Source of the DNA: Octopus sinensis
Taxonomy: Eukaryota
Assembly: GCF_006345805.1 (NCBI RefSeq)
Contig: NC_043005.1
Span: 94,178,001 to 94,242,000, forward strand
Length of the DNA stretch: 64,000 nt
Direction: 5' to 3'
Shown one piece after another: positions 1 to 11,456 of the stretch. Positions within the stretch are counted from its first letter, which is position 1; each line of letters opens with the position of its first letter. A program made the position numbers and the translations under genes. A model generated the notes under the pieces. The model did not search any database. It had not been told where the DNA came from and saw only the letters and a program-made list of their open reading frames with translations.

Positions 1-2324
1 CGGCATCGTCAGCAAAGAGGATCTCTCTGATCAGCACCTGACGGACTTTGGTCTTAGCTCTGAGGCGCGCAAGATTGAACAATCCACCATCAGCCCTGGT
101 GTGGAGGAACACTCCGTCGTCGGACGTTCTGAAGGCATAGGACAGGACAAGGAGAAGAAAATTCCGAAGAGCGTCGGCGCCAGAACGCAACCCTGTTTCA
201 CTCCACTCTGGATGGGGAACGACTCCGAGGGCGATCCGTCAAACTGCACTGTTCCCTGCATACCGTCGTGAAAGGAGGTGATGAGTTTCAGCAGTCTGGG
301 AGGGCAACCTATCCTACCCAGGAGCGCAAACAGCCCCTCCCTGCTGACTGAGTCGAACGCCTTAGCCAGGTCGATGAAGGCCACGTATAGGGGCTGTCTC
401 TGTTCTCGACTCTTTTCTTGAAGCTGCCTGAGTGAGAAGATCATGTCGATTGTAGACCTCTCTGCCCTAAAGCCAGACTGAGACTCGGGGTACACACGCT
501 CTGCAAGCATTTGCAACCTCTTCAGGACCACCCTGGCAAATGCCTTACCGACAGTGCTGAGCAGTGATATGCCCCTGTAATTATTACAGTCGCTTCTGTC
601 CCCTTTGTTTTTATACAGTGTGATGATGTTTGCGTCACGCATATCCTTAGGGACAGAGCCCTCCTCCAGCACTGACAGAGCAGCTCGTGAAGATGGCCCA
701 GAAGGGCTGGCTTCCCGCACTGGATGACTTCTGCGGGGATGCCGTCTTGCCCTGGTGCCTTGCCCCGAGCGAGTGAGTCAATTGCTTTGCTCAGTTCTTC
801 CTTTGTTGGAGGCAGGTCAAGCTCCTCCATGACAGGCAGAGCAGGAATGCCGGCGAGGGCAGACCTGGTGACCACATTCTCAGTGGAGTAGAGGTTCTGG
901 TAATGCTCGACCCACCTCTCCACCTGCTTCGCTTGGTCCTTGATGACCTCGCCATCCCTGGACTTCAGTGGAGCAACCTTGCTGACAGTGGGCCCGAATG
1001 CTTTCTTCATCCCCTCGTACATCCCTTTCACGTTACCACTGTCAGCACAGCACTGGATGTTCTGGCATAAGTTCTGCCAGTAGATGTTGGCGCAACGTCT
1101 GGCCGTCCTCTGGGCGTCGCTTCTGGCTGTTCTCAGAGTAGCCAGGTTCTTTTCTGATGGGTCGCGCTTATAGTTGACCAGTGCTTCCCTCTTGGCAGCA
1201 ATGACAGGCTCCATCTCAGGCAGGTGAGCTTCAAACCAGTCTTGATTCGTCCGCTCCCTCTTTCCTAGGGACGACATGGCTATTCTGCAAGTGGTGTCGC
1301 GAATAAGCTGCCATCTCTCCTCGATGGACGTGGCTGCGTGATCTTTAAGGGCCTCCTCCATGCGGTTGGTGAATTCCGAGCGGAGGTCGGGGTTGGTTGT
1401 CCTGGTGGTGTTGATGCGTGGGCGGCTTTTCCCTACGGGACGGCGGATTTTCTTTGGGGCCAATCGGACCCTGCTGCACACCAGAGAGTGGTCTGTATCA
1501 CAGTCAGCACCATGGTAGCTGCGTGTGAGAAGCACACTTCCGAGGTGGGCTCGCCAGGTGATGACCATGTCCAGTTGGTGCCAGTGTCCGGACCTTGGGT
1601 GCCTCCATGAGACCTGGTGTTGTGGCTTAGTCATGAAGAATGTGTTGGTAACGCAGAGTTTCAGGTAAGAGCAAAGCTCCAACAGTCTCTGGCCATTCTC
1701 ATTCATCTTCCCCACGCCAAAGCGTCCAAGGCAATCTGGCTATGCCCCATGATCGGATCCCACCCTTGCGTTGAAGTCGCCCAGAAGGAAGATGGGCTCC
1801 GACCCTGGTATCTGGCTGATGGTGGCGTCGAGCTCCTCATAGAACCGGTCTTTTATTTCCTGAGGAGAGTGGAGTGTTGGGGCATAAGCACTAATTATGT
1901 TTACCTTCCCCGTTGATGTTGCAAGGCCAAGAGTGAGGATGCGCTCTGAGCCATTTGAAGGAGGGATCGCCATGGGGAGCAAGCTGTTCCTCACGGCAAA
2001 CCCCACGCTATGCTGGCGGGCCTCTTCGACGGGTCTCCCCTGCCAGTAGAAGGTGTAGTCCTTCTCCCGTAGCATGCCGTCTGCGGCGAGCCTGGTCTCT
2101 TGCAGTGCCGCTATGTCGATGTTCAGCCTTTTCAATTCGGTGTTGATGACTGCTGTCTTCCTACTGTCGTTCATCTGTCGTAGATCGTCAATGATGCCAG
2201 GGCACATGGTCCTGACATTCCAGGTGGCCAGTCGCAAGACTGGTGACTGGGTATTTGTTTTTCCTTTGTTTGCTGGTGCAGGGTTTTCAGTCTGCTTTTC
2301 AGATTTTGTCCTAGCTCCAAGCAC
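1..2324 (-). pseudogene. Disrupted ORF2 (APE endonuclease + RT) of RTE-BovB family A
   Basis: Track ORFs 1740-2324, 522-1715 and 31-720 join into one protein: TAG in place of Trp at 1740-1742, single-base frameshifts near 664 (CQCW/EEGSVP) and near 150 (FSL/LSYAF). Confidence 0.9.
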
Positions 2325-2815
2325 CCATTGAAGCGGGTAGTCTGTGGCGGGTCAGCACCATTATTGGCCGGGGGCTGCCCAGCTTAAGGCGGGCGGTAGC
2401 TGACCAGTGGGACTTCAATGATCCTTCCCACCATTAGAGACGGCCCGTAGCGCCCGGGATTACGCCAATCGATGGAGTAGTTTCTCCATGGCGCAAGCCT
2501 GGGCGGTAGGAACGAAGACACTGGGCTGCCCAGACACCAGAATCTCCCTCTCGGCCACCCCAGACATAATCCAAAGGAATGCAGTGCAGTACGTTTGGAG
2601 TCTGGTTGGCTGCAGGAGTTGCCGAAAAAGAGTCGAGATTCGACACCCTACCGCCTTCGGGGCTCCACTCCGGATTTTCTGTCTGGGTTTACTCCCATAG
2701 CCTTTCCCTCTCCCAAGAGCATCCGCAAGGCAGCAGAGCGAGGGTTTGGAGTCAGAGTTTTCCTTCTCCTAGACTGGCTGCCAAGCAAGGCTAACGAGCC
2801 CAGTCTGCCCACCTG
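1..2815 (-). mobile_element. RTE-BovB clade LINE (family A), 5' UTR through RT; runs off the window edge
   Basis: APE motifs ATWNVRT, IAALQETR, SAYAPT, LLGDFNARVG; RT motifs NNYRGISLLS, ESQSGFR, FIDLAKAFDSV, GVKQGCVLAP, and ILFADD at positions 1-20; BovB-like GC-rich 5' UTR ~2325-2815. Confidence 0.93.
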
Positions 2816-2819
2816 GTTA

Positions 2820-2855
<36 letters not shown>

Positions 2856-2860
2856 CTCTC

Positions 2861-3250
2861 TCTTTACTCTTTTACTTGTTTCAGTCATTTGACTGCGGCC
2901 ATGCTGGAGCACTGCCTTTTTAATTGAGCAACTCGACCGCAGGACTTATTCTTTGTAAGCCCAGTACTTATTCTATCGGTCTCTTTTGCCGAACCGCTAA
3001 GTGACGGGGACGTAAACACACCAGCATCAGTTGTCAAGCAATGCTAGGGGGACAAACACAGACACACACACATATATATATATACATATATACGACAGGC
3101 TTCTTTCAGTTTCCGTCTACCAAATTCACTCACAAGGCATTAGTCGGCCTGGGGCTATAGCAGAAGACACTTGCCCAAGATGCCATGCAGTAGGACTGAA
3201 ACCGGAACCATGTGGTTGGTATACAAGCTACTTACCACACAGCCACTCCT
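2861..3250 (-). mobile_element. tRNA-derived SINE with internal microsatellite (octopus OK/OR-like)
   Basis: Minus strand starts with a tRNA-like head (GGAGTGGCTGTGTGGTAAG...GGTTCCGGTTTCAGTCC), has CTTGGGCAAGTGTCTT core-like segment and a LINE-like 3' end GCAGTGCTCCAGCATGGCCGCAGTCAAATGACTGAAAC. Confidence 0.7.
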
Positions 3251-3507
3251 ACACACATAAATATATATACACACATACATATACACCTATATATATACAT
3301 ACATAAATATATATATACACGTATATATACACACACACATATATATATACATAAATATATATACATATATATGTATATATATATACATATATATATGTGT
3401 GTGTATATATATATACACACACACATATATATATACATATATATACACATGCATATATATATATGCACATACATATTTATATACATACATATATACATAT
3501 ATATACC
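3251..3507. repeat. Compound (TA)/(CA) microsatellite
   Basis: Direct inspection; source of spurious YI/HT ORFs. Confidence 0.95.
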
Positions 3508-4082
3508 TCATCATCATCATCATCATCATCATCGTTTAACGTCCGTTCTCCATGCTAGCATGGGTTGGACGGTTCGACCGGGGATCTGGGAAGCCAGAAG
3601 GCTGCACCAGGCTCCAGTCTTATCTGGCAATGTTTCTACAGCTGGATGCCCTTCCTAACGCCAACCACTCCGTGAGTGTAGTGGGTGCTTTTTACATGCC
3701 ACCCGCACAGGTGCCAGGGGAGACTAGCAACGACCACGGTCGGATTGGTGCATTTTACGTGCCACCGGCACGGAAGCCAGTCGAGGCGGCGCTGGCATCG
3801 GCCACGATTCGGATAGTGCTTTTTACGTACCACCAGTCCAGGGGTCCTGGCATCTGCCGGGTGCCAGTCATAGGATTGGTTCAATTTCGATTCCGATTTC
3901 GATTTTGATTTCACTTGCCCCAACATGTCTTCGCAAGTAGAGGGGGTTGGCATGTTCGCAAGCAGAGGGGGTTGGCATGGGTGCCTGTCGTTGGATGAGG
4001 TTCGATATCGACTTCGCTTGCCTCAACAGGTCTTTGTGTCCAAGGGAGGAAAGGCATGCATAAGTGGGCTGGGCTCACTTGT
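3508..4082 (-). mobile_element. 3' end/UTR of RTE family C with (GAT)n tail
   Basis: (CAT)n followed by CGTTTAACGTCCGTTCTCCATGCTAGCATGGG...; the same UTR is attached to RTE ORF2 at 24372-26150. Confidence 0.85.
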
Positions 4083-4281
4083 CCTGCCTATATATATACA
4101 TAGATATATATATATACAGTGGTCGTTTACTGTCAACTCAATGTGACATTCCCGTAAGCGAATTACACCACCGCCATTTAGCCCGAGGAAACGTCGACGT
4201 CTCCTGTCGGCTTTGACACATTTTCTGTGTCCTTATATTTGCAAAGGGGAGGCAATCACCCCCGCATGCCGGGACAAGGCA

Positions 4282-4327
4282 CCTGAAGACATATGTTTCT
4301 GAGTGTATTGCTCATTGCCAGTTCAGG
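4282..4327 (-). ncRNA. Candidate minimal type I hammerhead ribozyme with variant core
   Basis: Minus strand: CCUGAA | CUGGCAA | UGAG-caauaca-CUCA | GAAA C-auau-GUC | UUCAGG. Stems I, II and palindromic III are all formable, but the core is CUGGCAA rather than CUGANGA. Confidence 0.45.
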
Positions 4328-4412
4328 GTAGCCTGCCTCTCTCGCTGAGATGACCGCAACCTCTCTGCAAATATATCATATTATCAGTAAAATTTATTTA
4401 CTGATCACCAAA

Positions 4413-4471
4413 ATTAGAAATATTGAATTTCTAAATGTCTCAGAGACATTTAGAAATTCAATATTTCTAAT
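4413..4471. repeat. Perfect 29-bp inverted repeat with 1-nt loop
   Basis: ATTAGAAATATTGAATTTCTAAATGTCTC-A-GAGACATTTAGAAATTCAATATTTCTAAT. Confidence 0.95.
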
Positions 4472-4759
4472 ATATATACATACATATACATATATATATA
4501 TATATATATATGTATATACATACACATACATACACATATATTTACACATATATATATAAATATACACATACATATATATACATACATATACACACACACA
4601 TATATATATACTCATACATATAAATACACACACATACATATATATACACATATACATATATATACACATACATATATATAAATGTACACATACATATATA
4701 TAATTACACACATACATATATATATATATACACACACATACCTATATATAAATATACAG

Positions 4760-4790
<31 letters not shown>

Positions 4791-4828
4791 CATACACACA
4801 CACACAAACACACACACACACACATATG

Positions 4829-4887
<59 letters not shown>

Positions 4888-4947
4888 AACTATCTTAATT
4901 TTGAACAAAAAAAGACGTATAAATAACTGCATCATTTATGGGATGAG

Positions 4948-4992
<45 letters not shown>

Positions 4993-5040
4993 TCATGTAT
5001 ATATATATCAATCATCATGTATATATATATATATATATAT
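4472..5040. repeat. Compound (TA)/(CA) microsatellites
   Basis: Direct inspection. Confidence 0.9.
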
Positions 5041-6099
5041 GTAGGTCCCGGGTTGATTCGGGGTTAACCACAGTAAATAAGGTACTCAATACATAGCAGA
5101 GTAAATTTAATTTATTATATAGAAGGAGCTTCTACAGGACTAGAACTGTTTCATTCAAGAGAAATCTTCAGGAAGCTAGTTAACAAGAATTGTATTGGCA
5201 TTTATACATTTAGGTGGGGGACTTTTTGGGGGTAGGCATAGCGCAAAATATCATACTTGGGGGAGTGGTCAAGGAGTCAGTGTTAAATTAGATAGAAGAA
5301 TAAATAAAAAAATAAAAAAATAAAAAAATCTATATATAAAAAAAAGGGGAATAGAGTTTTAGGTAAATAAGGAGATTCTCACTTATACCTATGCACACAT
5401 GTATACATACATACACACACATATACACACACATACATACACATACATACATACACATACATACATACACATACATATACATATCTACACATACACATAT
5501 ATGTATACATACACACACTCACATGCATACACGTATACACACATGTATATATACACACACGACCACACATACATATACGCACAGAAAAATATATATACAC
5601 ATACACACACATACATACACACACATACAAACATATATACATATACATACACACATACATACACATACATACATACACACACATATCCACACACACACAT
5701 GCACACACAGCACACTAGTCCCTATATACACATATATACACATACACACACATATACACACACATACATACACATACATACATACACATACATATATATA
5801 CTGCGCGTATATATATTTTACTATTTACTTATTTTTTGAGTATGCATGCAAGTATGAATATAAGGAGGCGCGCGTGTGTGTGTGTGTGTATGTGTAAGCA
5901 TAGATATATGTATACTTTTACGCATGTGTGTACTTATGTGTATATATGGATGCGCGCGCGTGTGTGTGTGTGTATGGGTACGCATGTACATGTGTATGTG
6001 CGTGTAGTGTGTATATATATGTATATGTGTGTGTATGCGTATGTGTGTGTATATATAAGTATATATATATGTGTGTATATACATGTGAATGTATATATG

Positions 6100-6150
<51 letters not shown>

Positions 6151-7269
6151 ATGTATATATACATGTATGTATTTGTATGTAGGTGTATATGTATGTGTGT
6201 GTATTTATATTTATTGGTGTATATATATAGACTAGCCTTCTAAGAGTGTAGACATGAACTGTAGGTACGCGTACGTATGCGTATATACGTGAATGTATGT
6301 AGATGTATGTATGTATGAATATAACGCGTGCGTGCGTGTATGTGTATGAGTGTACGAATGAGTGAGTGTACGTGCTAAAGAGTGTGCGTGAGTGAATGAG
6401 TGCTTGTTTTCCAGTAGACAGATAAATGGACTGGCTGTCATAGCCAAGATGTTTGTGACCAAGCGGCCAAAGATAACAAAAGTAATAAACGAAGATAATA
6501 AAATTAAAATTAGGGAATAGGTCTGTATTTGTATGTGTATATATATGTGTGTATGTGTAGGTATGCATAGGTACACATATGTATATATATGTATATATAT
6601 GTATATATATATACATACATGTATGTATGTGTATGTATGTGTGTGTATATGTGTGTGTATGTGTATATATGTGTATATAGGGACTAGTGTGCTGTGTGTG
6701 CATGTGTGTGTGTGGATATGTGTGTGTATGCGTGTATGTGAGTATGTGTGTGTATGTGTATATATATTTTTCTGTGCGTATATGTATGTGTGGTCGTGTG
6801 TGTATATATACATGTGTGTATACGTGTATGCATGTGAGTGTGTGTATGTATACATATATGTGTATGTGTAGATATGTATATGTATGTGTATGTGTAAGTG
6901 TATATATATGTATATATATGTGTGTGTATGTATGTGTGTATGTATATGTATATATGTTTGTATGTGTGTGTATGTATGTATACATGTGTGCATAGGTATA
7001 AGTGAGAATCTCCTTATTTACCTAAAACTCTATTCCCCTTTTTTTTATATATAGATTTTTTATTTTTTTATTTTTTTATTTATTCTTCTATCTAATTTAA
7101 CACTGACTCCTTGACCACTCCCCCAAGTATGATATTTTGCGCTATGCCTACCCCCAAAAAGTCCCCCACCTAAATGTATAAATGCCAATACAATTCTTGT
7201 TAACTAGCTTCCTGAAGATTTCTCTTGAATGAAACAGTTCTAGTCCTGTAGAAGCTCCTTCTATATAAT

Positions 7270-7272
<3 letters not shown>
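5041..7272. mobile_element. Penelope-like pLTR remnant arranged as inverted repeat (arms ~5108-5786 and ~6617-7272)
   Basis: Arms are near-identical reverse complements including their microsatellite bodies; CTGAAGA...GAAAC...GTC motif at 7212-7245 followed by TATAATAAA; flanked by (TA)n on both sides. Confidence 0.65.
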
Positions 7273-7306
<34 letters not shown>

Positions 7307-7314
7307 TATATATA

Positions 7315-8129
7315 TCTATATATATAAAAGTGAAGTTGTGTGAGTGTCTGTCTCCTACGATTTAGATTCCTAACTACTCCCACATTTTGCGGTGCAGTTT
7401 AACCAAATTCGGGTATCTTATAGTCGTGATTAATATCGAGTCCGTCTGGGTATTAGCGCGCGTCTACGATGAGTCTACGATTTTAAAAATAATTTACCAT
7501 AATTTTTTTCCATTTTAACGCATATTTTTTCGTGTGTCGATGGCGGCGGAGTTGGCGTCCATGCTCACACCTGCACCTGTGTTGCTTCTCCCCCTTCTTC
7601 CCTCCCTCGTGAAGCTGTGGGGAAGGGAGTGTAAGGAAATCAACGTCGTAATGCGTTGTCAAGGAGACCAGCGTTCTTTTAGAACAACGACTTCATGGCT
7701 TGAAGTCGCCAAAACAGAAATTGCTAAAAAAGCTGAAACACATCCACAAAAACGGCAAAAACCGCCACACAGGGCAGGTTTCCTGTGCAAACAATTTGCA
7801 CAACCGAATGTTTTAGTTGTTGCACAAATCTTTATATAGTCGTGATTCATATCGAGCCCTTCTGGGTATTAGTGCGCGTCTACGATAAGTCTACGATTTT
7901 AAAAATAATTTACCATAATTTTTTTCCATTTTAATGCATTTTTTTGCTATTATATAAGGGAAGTAACTCTCTAAAAATGTCTACGATGAGTCAACGATTT
8001 AAAAAAATTTACTATAATTTTTTTTCCATTTTTAATGCATTTTTTTGCTATTTTTTGGCTATAACTCTCTAAAAATGCTTTATAGTTATTTCCCTTACAA
8101 ACCCGAGCAACGCCGGGCGATACTGCTAG
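7315..8129 (+). mobile_element. Non-autonomous Helitron
   Basis: A|TC 5' end (TCTATATATATAAAAG), subterminal hairpin CCCGAGCAACGCCGGG at 8102-8117, CTAG|T 3' end; internal ~100-bp repeats at ~7420, ~7837 and a shorter one at ~7978. Confidence 0.85.
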
Positions 8130-8162
<33 letters not shown>

Positions 8163-8177
8163 TATATATATCATATA

Positions 8178-8809
8178 TATACAAAATTAGAAAATGGAGA
8201 AACATACTTAAATCAATCAAACATCAACCATCAGATGATACCCAATCAATACTTTATTACACCATTACATAACAGCAAAGGCATTATACAAAATATATTG
8301 TAAATATAATTAGACAAGGAAATAGAAATATAAAATATAAAATATAATATATAATTATATCATATCTGACAGCTGTTTCGGCCGTAAGGACAAGTATGCC
8401 TCATTTAACCTATAAGCCATATAAGGCAGGTATAAATGAGACATTAACAAGGATGTCCCACGGCCTCTTCAGAGAATTTAATTTATTATAAGTGTCAAAA
8501 AAATTTTTTTACATATAAATATAAAAATATAAAATATAAAAACGTGTGCATAGACACTCATAATACTACACATATATATATATATACTCATTAATATAAT
8601 AATACAAAATAAACAAAATATATCAATATACATTAACAAACACAGTTATTCTACATATTGGGCTTCTAGTTCCAAAACTAACCTACAGGAAAATATGCAC
8701 ACTCACATTTAAATTTAAATCAGACATATACATAAAAAATAATAAAAAAACACACAGTTCAGTTCATAAAATTATAACCCTACAAAAGTGAATAAAAATT
8801 ACTATTAAT

Positions 8810-8868
<59 letters not shown>

Positions 8869-9150
8869 CAACCATGTCTGTACCACGTACATCAATCGGA
8901 CATCTACATATCTATAACTCTAATTCTTCTGTCCGCTTGATATTGATTATTCTAGATTGATTCGATTGGCTTATAGTTTTAAATTTGAATCACAAAAGAA
9001 ATTTTACGGTTAGTTTGTCAAGAAACGCACATACGCACACGCACATCCACAGATCAATCGCACATACATACATAATTATATGTATACACACATAGACTCA
9101 TACACATACATATCCACAAACACATTCAAACACATAAATAAATATAAGTA
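8178..9150 (-). mobile_element. Inverted copy of the 3' pLTR region of the Penelope-like element at 11457-16555
   Basis: Reverse complement aligns by eye to ~15620-16552, including the (TAA)n tract and hammerhead; diverged by numerous substitutions. Confidence 0.85.
8365..8475 (-). ncRNA. Hammerhead ribozyme (type I, minimal stem III, extended stem II)
   Basis: Minus strand: UCU CUGAAGA GGCCGUGGGACA...UGUCCUUACGGCC GAAAC AGCU GUC AGA. Confidence 0.75.
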
Positions 9151-9212
9151 TATTGGATATATGTTATCACATGGTGGGTTGAATTCTCAACCCCTATCTC
9201 ATTTTATATATC

Positions 9213-9304
<92 letters not shown>

Positions 9305-9334
9305 ATATAATATATATATTATATATATATATAT

Positions 9335-9374
<40 letters not shown>

Positions 9375-9421
9375 TATATATATATCATCACATATATATC
9401 ATATATATATATATATATATA

Positions 9422-9670
9422 TCATCATCATCATCATCATCATCATCGTTTAACGTCCGTTTTCCGCGCTAGCACGGGTTAGACGGTTTCGACCGGGGTC
9501 TGGGGAGCTCGGGACTGCCCCAGGCTCCAGTCTAGTCTGGCAGTGTTTCTACAGCTGGATGCCCTTCCTAACGCCAACCACTCCGTGAGTGTAGTGGGTG
9601 TTTTTTACATGCCACCTGCACAGGTGCCAGAGGGGTCTGGCATCGGCCACGTTCGGATGGTGCTTTTTAT
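9422..9670 (-). mobile_element. RTE family C 3' UTR fragment
   Basis: (CAT)n tail plus the shared UTR sequence (CTGGATGCCCTTCCTAACGCCAACCACTCCGTGAGTG). Confidence 0.85.
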
Positions 9671-10280
9671 GGGGGGGGTGCAGAAATATAGGGGAGCACC
9701 AGTGGGAGGGGTGGTTCAGAGGACAGGTACTAGGCAAGTAGAACGTAGGATATCGAGAGAGGGGTAATGCATGGTGAAATAGCGTATTGAAGAGGGGGGT
9801 TCGTGGTGGGGGGGTGCAGAAATATAGGGGAGCACCAGTGGGAGGGGTGGTTCAGAGGACAGGTACTAGGCAAGTAGAACGTAGGATATCGAGAGAGGGG
9901 TAATGCATGGTGAAATAGCGTATTGAAGAGGGGGGTTCAAAGAGTAGACACCTATAATGGTGGTGGGGGGGTGCAGAAATATAGGGGAGCACCAGTGGGA
10001 GGGGTGGTTCAGAGGACAGGTTCTAGGCAAGTAGAACGTAGGATATGGAGAGAGGGGTAATGCATGGTGAATAGCGTATTGAAGAGGGGGGTTCAAAGAG
10101 TAGACACCTATAATGGTGGTGGGGGGGTGTAGAAATATAGGGGAGCACCAGTGGGAGGGGTGGTTCAGAGGACAGGTTCTAGGCAAGTAGAACGTAGGAT
10201 ATCGAGAGAGGGGTAATGCATGGTGAAATAGCGTATTGAAGAGGGGGGTTCAAAGAGTAGACACCTATAATGGTGGTGGG
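9671..10280 (+). repeat. G-rich tandem repeat, 4 units of ~135-157 bp
   Basis: Unit starts GGGGGGGGTGCAGAAATATAGGGGAGCACCAGTGGGAGGGG; near-identical units; first unit lacks the AAAGAGTAGACACCTATAATG segment. Confidence 0.92.
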
Positions 10281-10356
10281 AGAAACGACATCCGGTATAG
10301 TTGGAGCAAAATAGAGATATCCGGTATTGGTGGTGGGGGTGGGCAGGGCGGGCGCG

Positions 10357-10968
10357 CCGCGAAGAATCGGCAGCCAATTTCTAATCAGCCCTGTAAGGGA
10401 GATAGATCTTAAATATCTATAACGATAACTAGTGAATTATACAGAATATGCAAAAACGAGGCGAGGCTGAAATAGTAAACAGAGTGGCGACTAGGGGGAT
10501 CAGAATAATAATAATTAATAAATAATAATAATAAATAGAGATACGGATGAATTAAAGTTCAAAGATTTCTTATCTTGGGATCACTTCGTTTACGGACAGA
10601 CTTGGCAAAAGGAATTCGGAATCAAGAATGAGGCAGGTTACTAGCTTAAGTATGCATAGCCATGGCGAGGGGTAGGAAGAGAGGAGTCCAGACAGACGAC
10701 AATGTAAAAAGAGGGGGAGAGAAGGGAAGAGAAAAACCCCGCGAAGAATCGGCAGCCAATTTCTAATCAGCCCTGTAAGGGAGATAGATCTTAAATATCT
10801 ATAACGATAACTAGTGAATTATACAGAATATGCAAAAACGAGGCGAGGCTGAAATAGTAAACAGAGTGGCGACTAGGGGGATCAGAATAATAATAATTAA
10901 TAAATAATAATAATAAATAGAGATACGGATGAATTAAAGTTCAAAGATTTCTTATCTTGGGATCACTT
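10357..10968 (+). repeat. 230-bp direct duplication (10357-10586 and 10739-10968)
   Basis: Both copies run CCGCGAAGAATCGGCAGCC...TCTTGGGATCACTT; no differences seen by eye. Confidence 0.92.
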
Positions 10969-10972
10969 TGTA

Positions 10973-11108
10973 TGCATTACCCCTCTCTCGATATCCTACG
11001 TTCTACTTGCCTAGAACCTGTCCTCTGAACCACCCCTCCCACTGGTGCTCCCCTATATTTCTGCACCCCCCCACCACGAACCCCCCTCTTCAATACGCTA
11101 TTTCACCA
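10973..11108 (-). repeat. Inverted 136-bp copy of 9772-9907
   Basis: Reverse complement matches the unit-1/unit-2 junction of the G-rich array, but carries the TTCTAGG variant seen in units 3-4. Confidence 0.9.
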
Positions 11109-11147
11109 ATATATATATATATCATATATATAAATATATATATATAT

Positions 11148-11322
11148 CCTCGTGCCGGTGGCACATAAAACCACCCACTACACTCACGGAGTGGTTGGTG
11201 TTAGGAAGGCATCAAGCTGTAGAAACTCTGCCAGATCAGATTGGAGTCTGGTTCGCCAGACCTAAGTCAAATCGTCAAACTCATGGGAAGCGGACGTTAA
11301 ACGATGATGATGATGATGATGA
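11148..11322 (+). mobile_element. RTE family C 3' UTR fragment with (GAT)n tail
   Basis: CACTCACGGAGTGGTTGG...GGACGTTAAACGATGATGAT. Confidence 0.8.
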
Positions 11323-11456
11323 TACATATATATATATATATATACATACATATATACACACACACATATATACATACATATATACATACATATATACACA
11401 TATATATACATACATATATACACACACATATATATATATAAATATATATATATATA

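Noticed and set aside
3212-6995. Long ORFs of YI/HT/CV repeats (up to 355 aa), also at 11-17, 19, 22-23, 55 and 58-60 kb
   Set aside because: They are translations of (TA)/(CA) microsatellites that lack stop codons by composition.
7534-7839. 101-aa ORF inside the Helitron as captured gene or Rep/helicase
   Set aside because: No recognisable motif; short; no splice or homology support visible.
9671-10280. Repeat array as CRISPR
   Set aside because: Units are contiguous with no unique spacers, the context is eukaryotic, and no cas genes are present.
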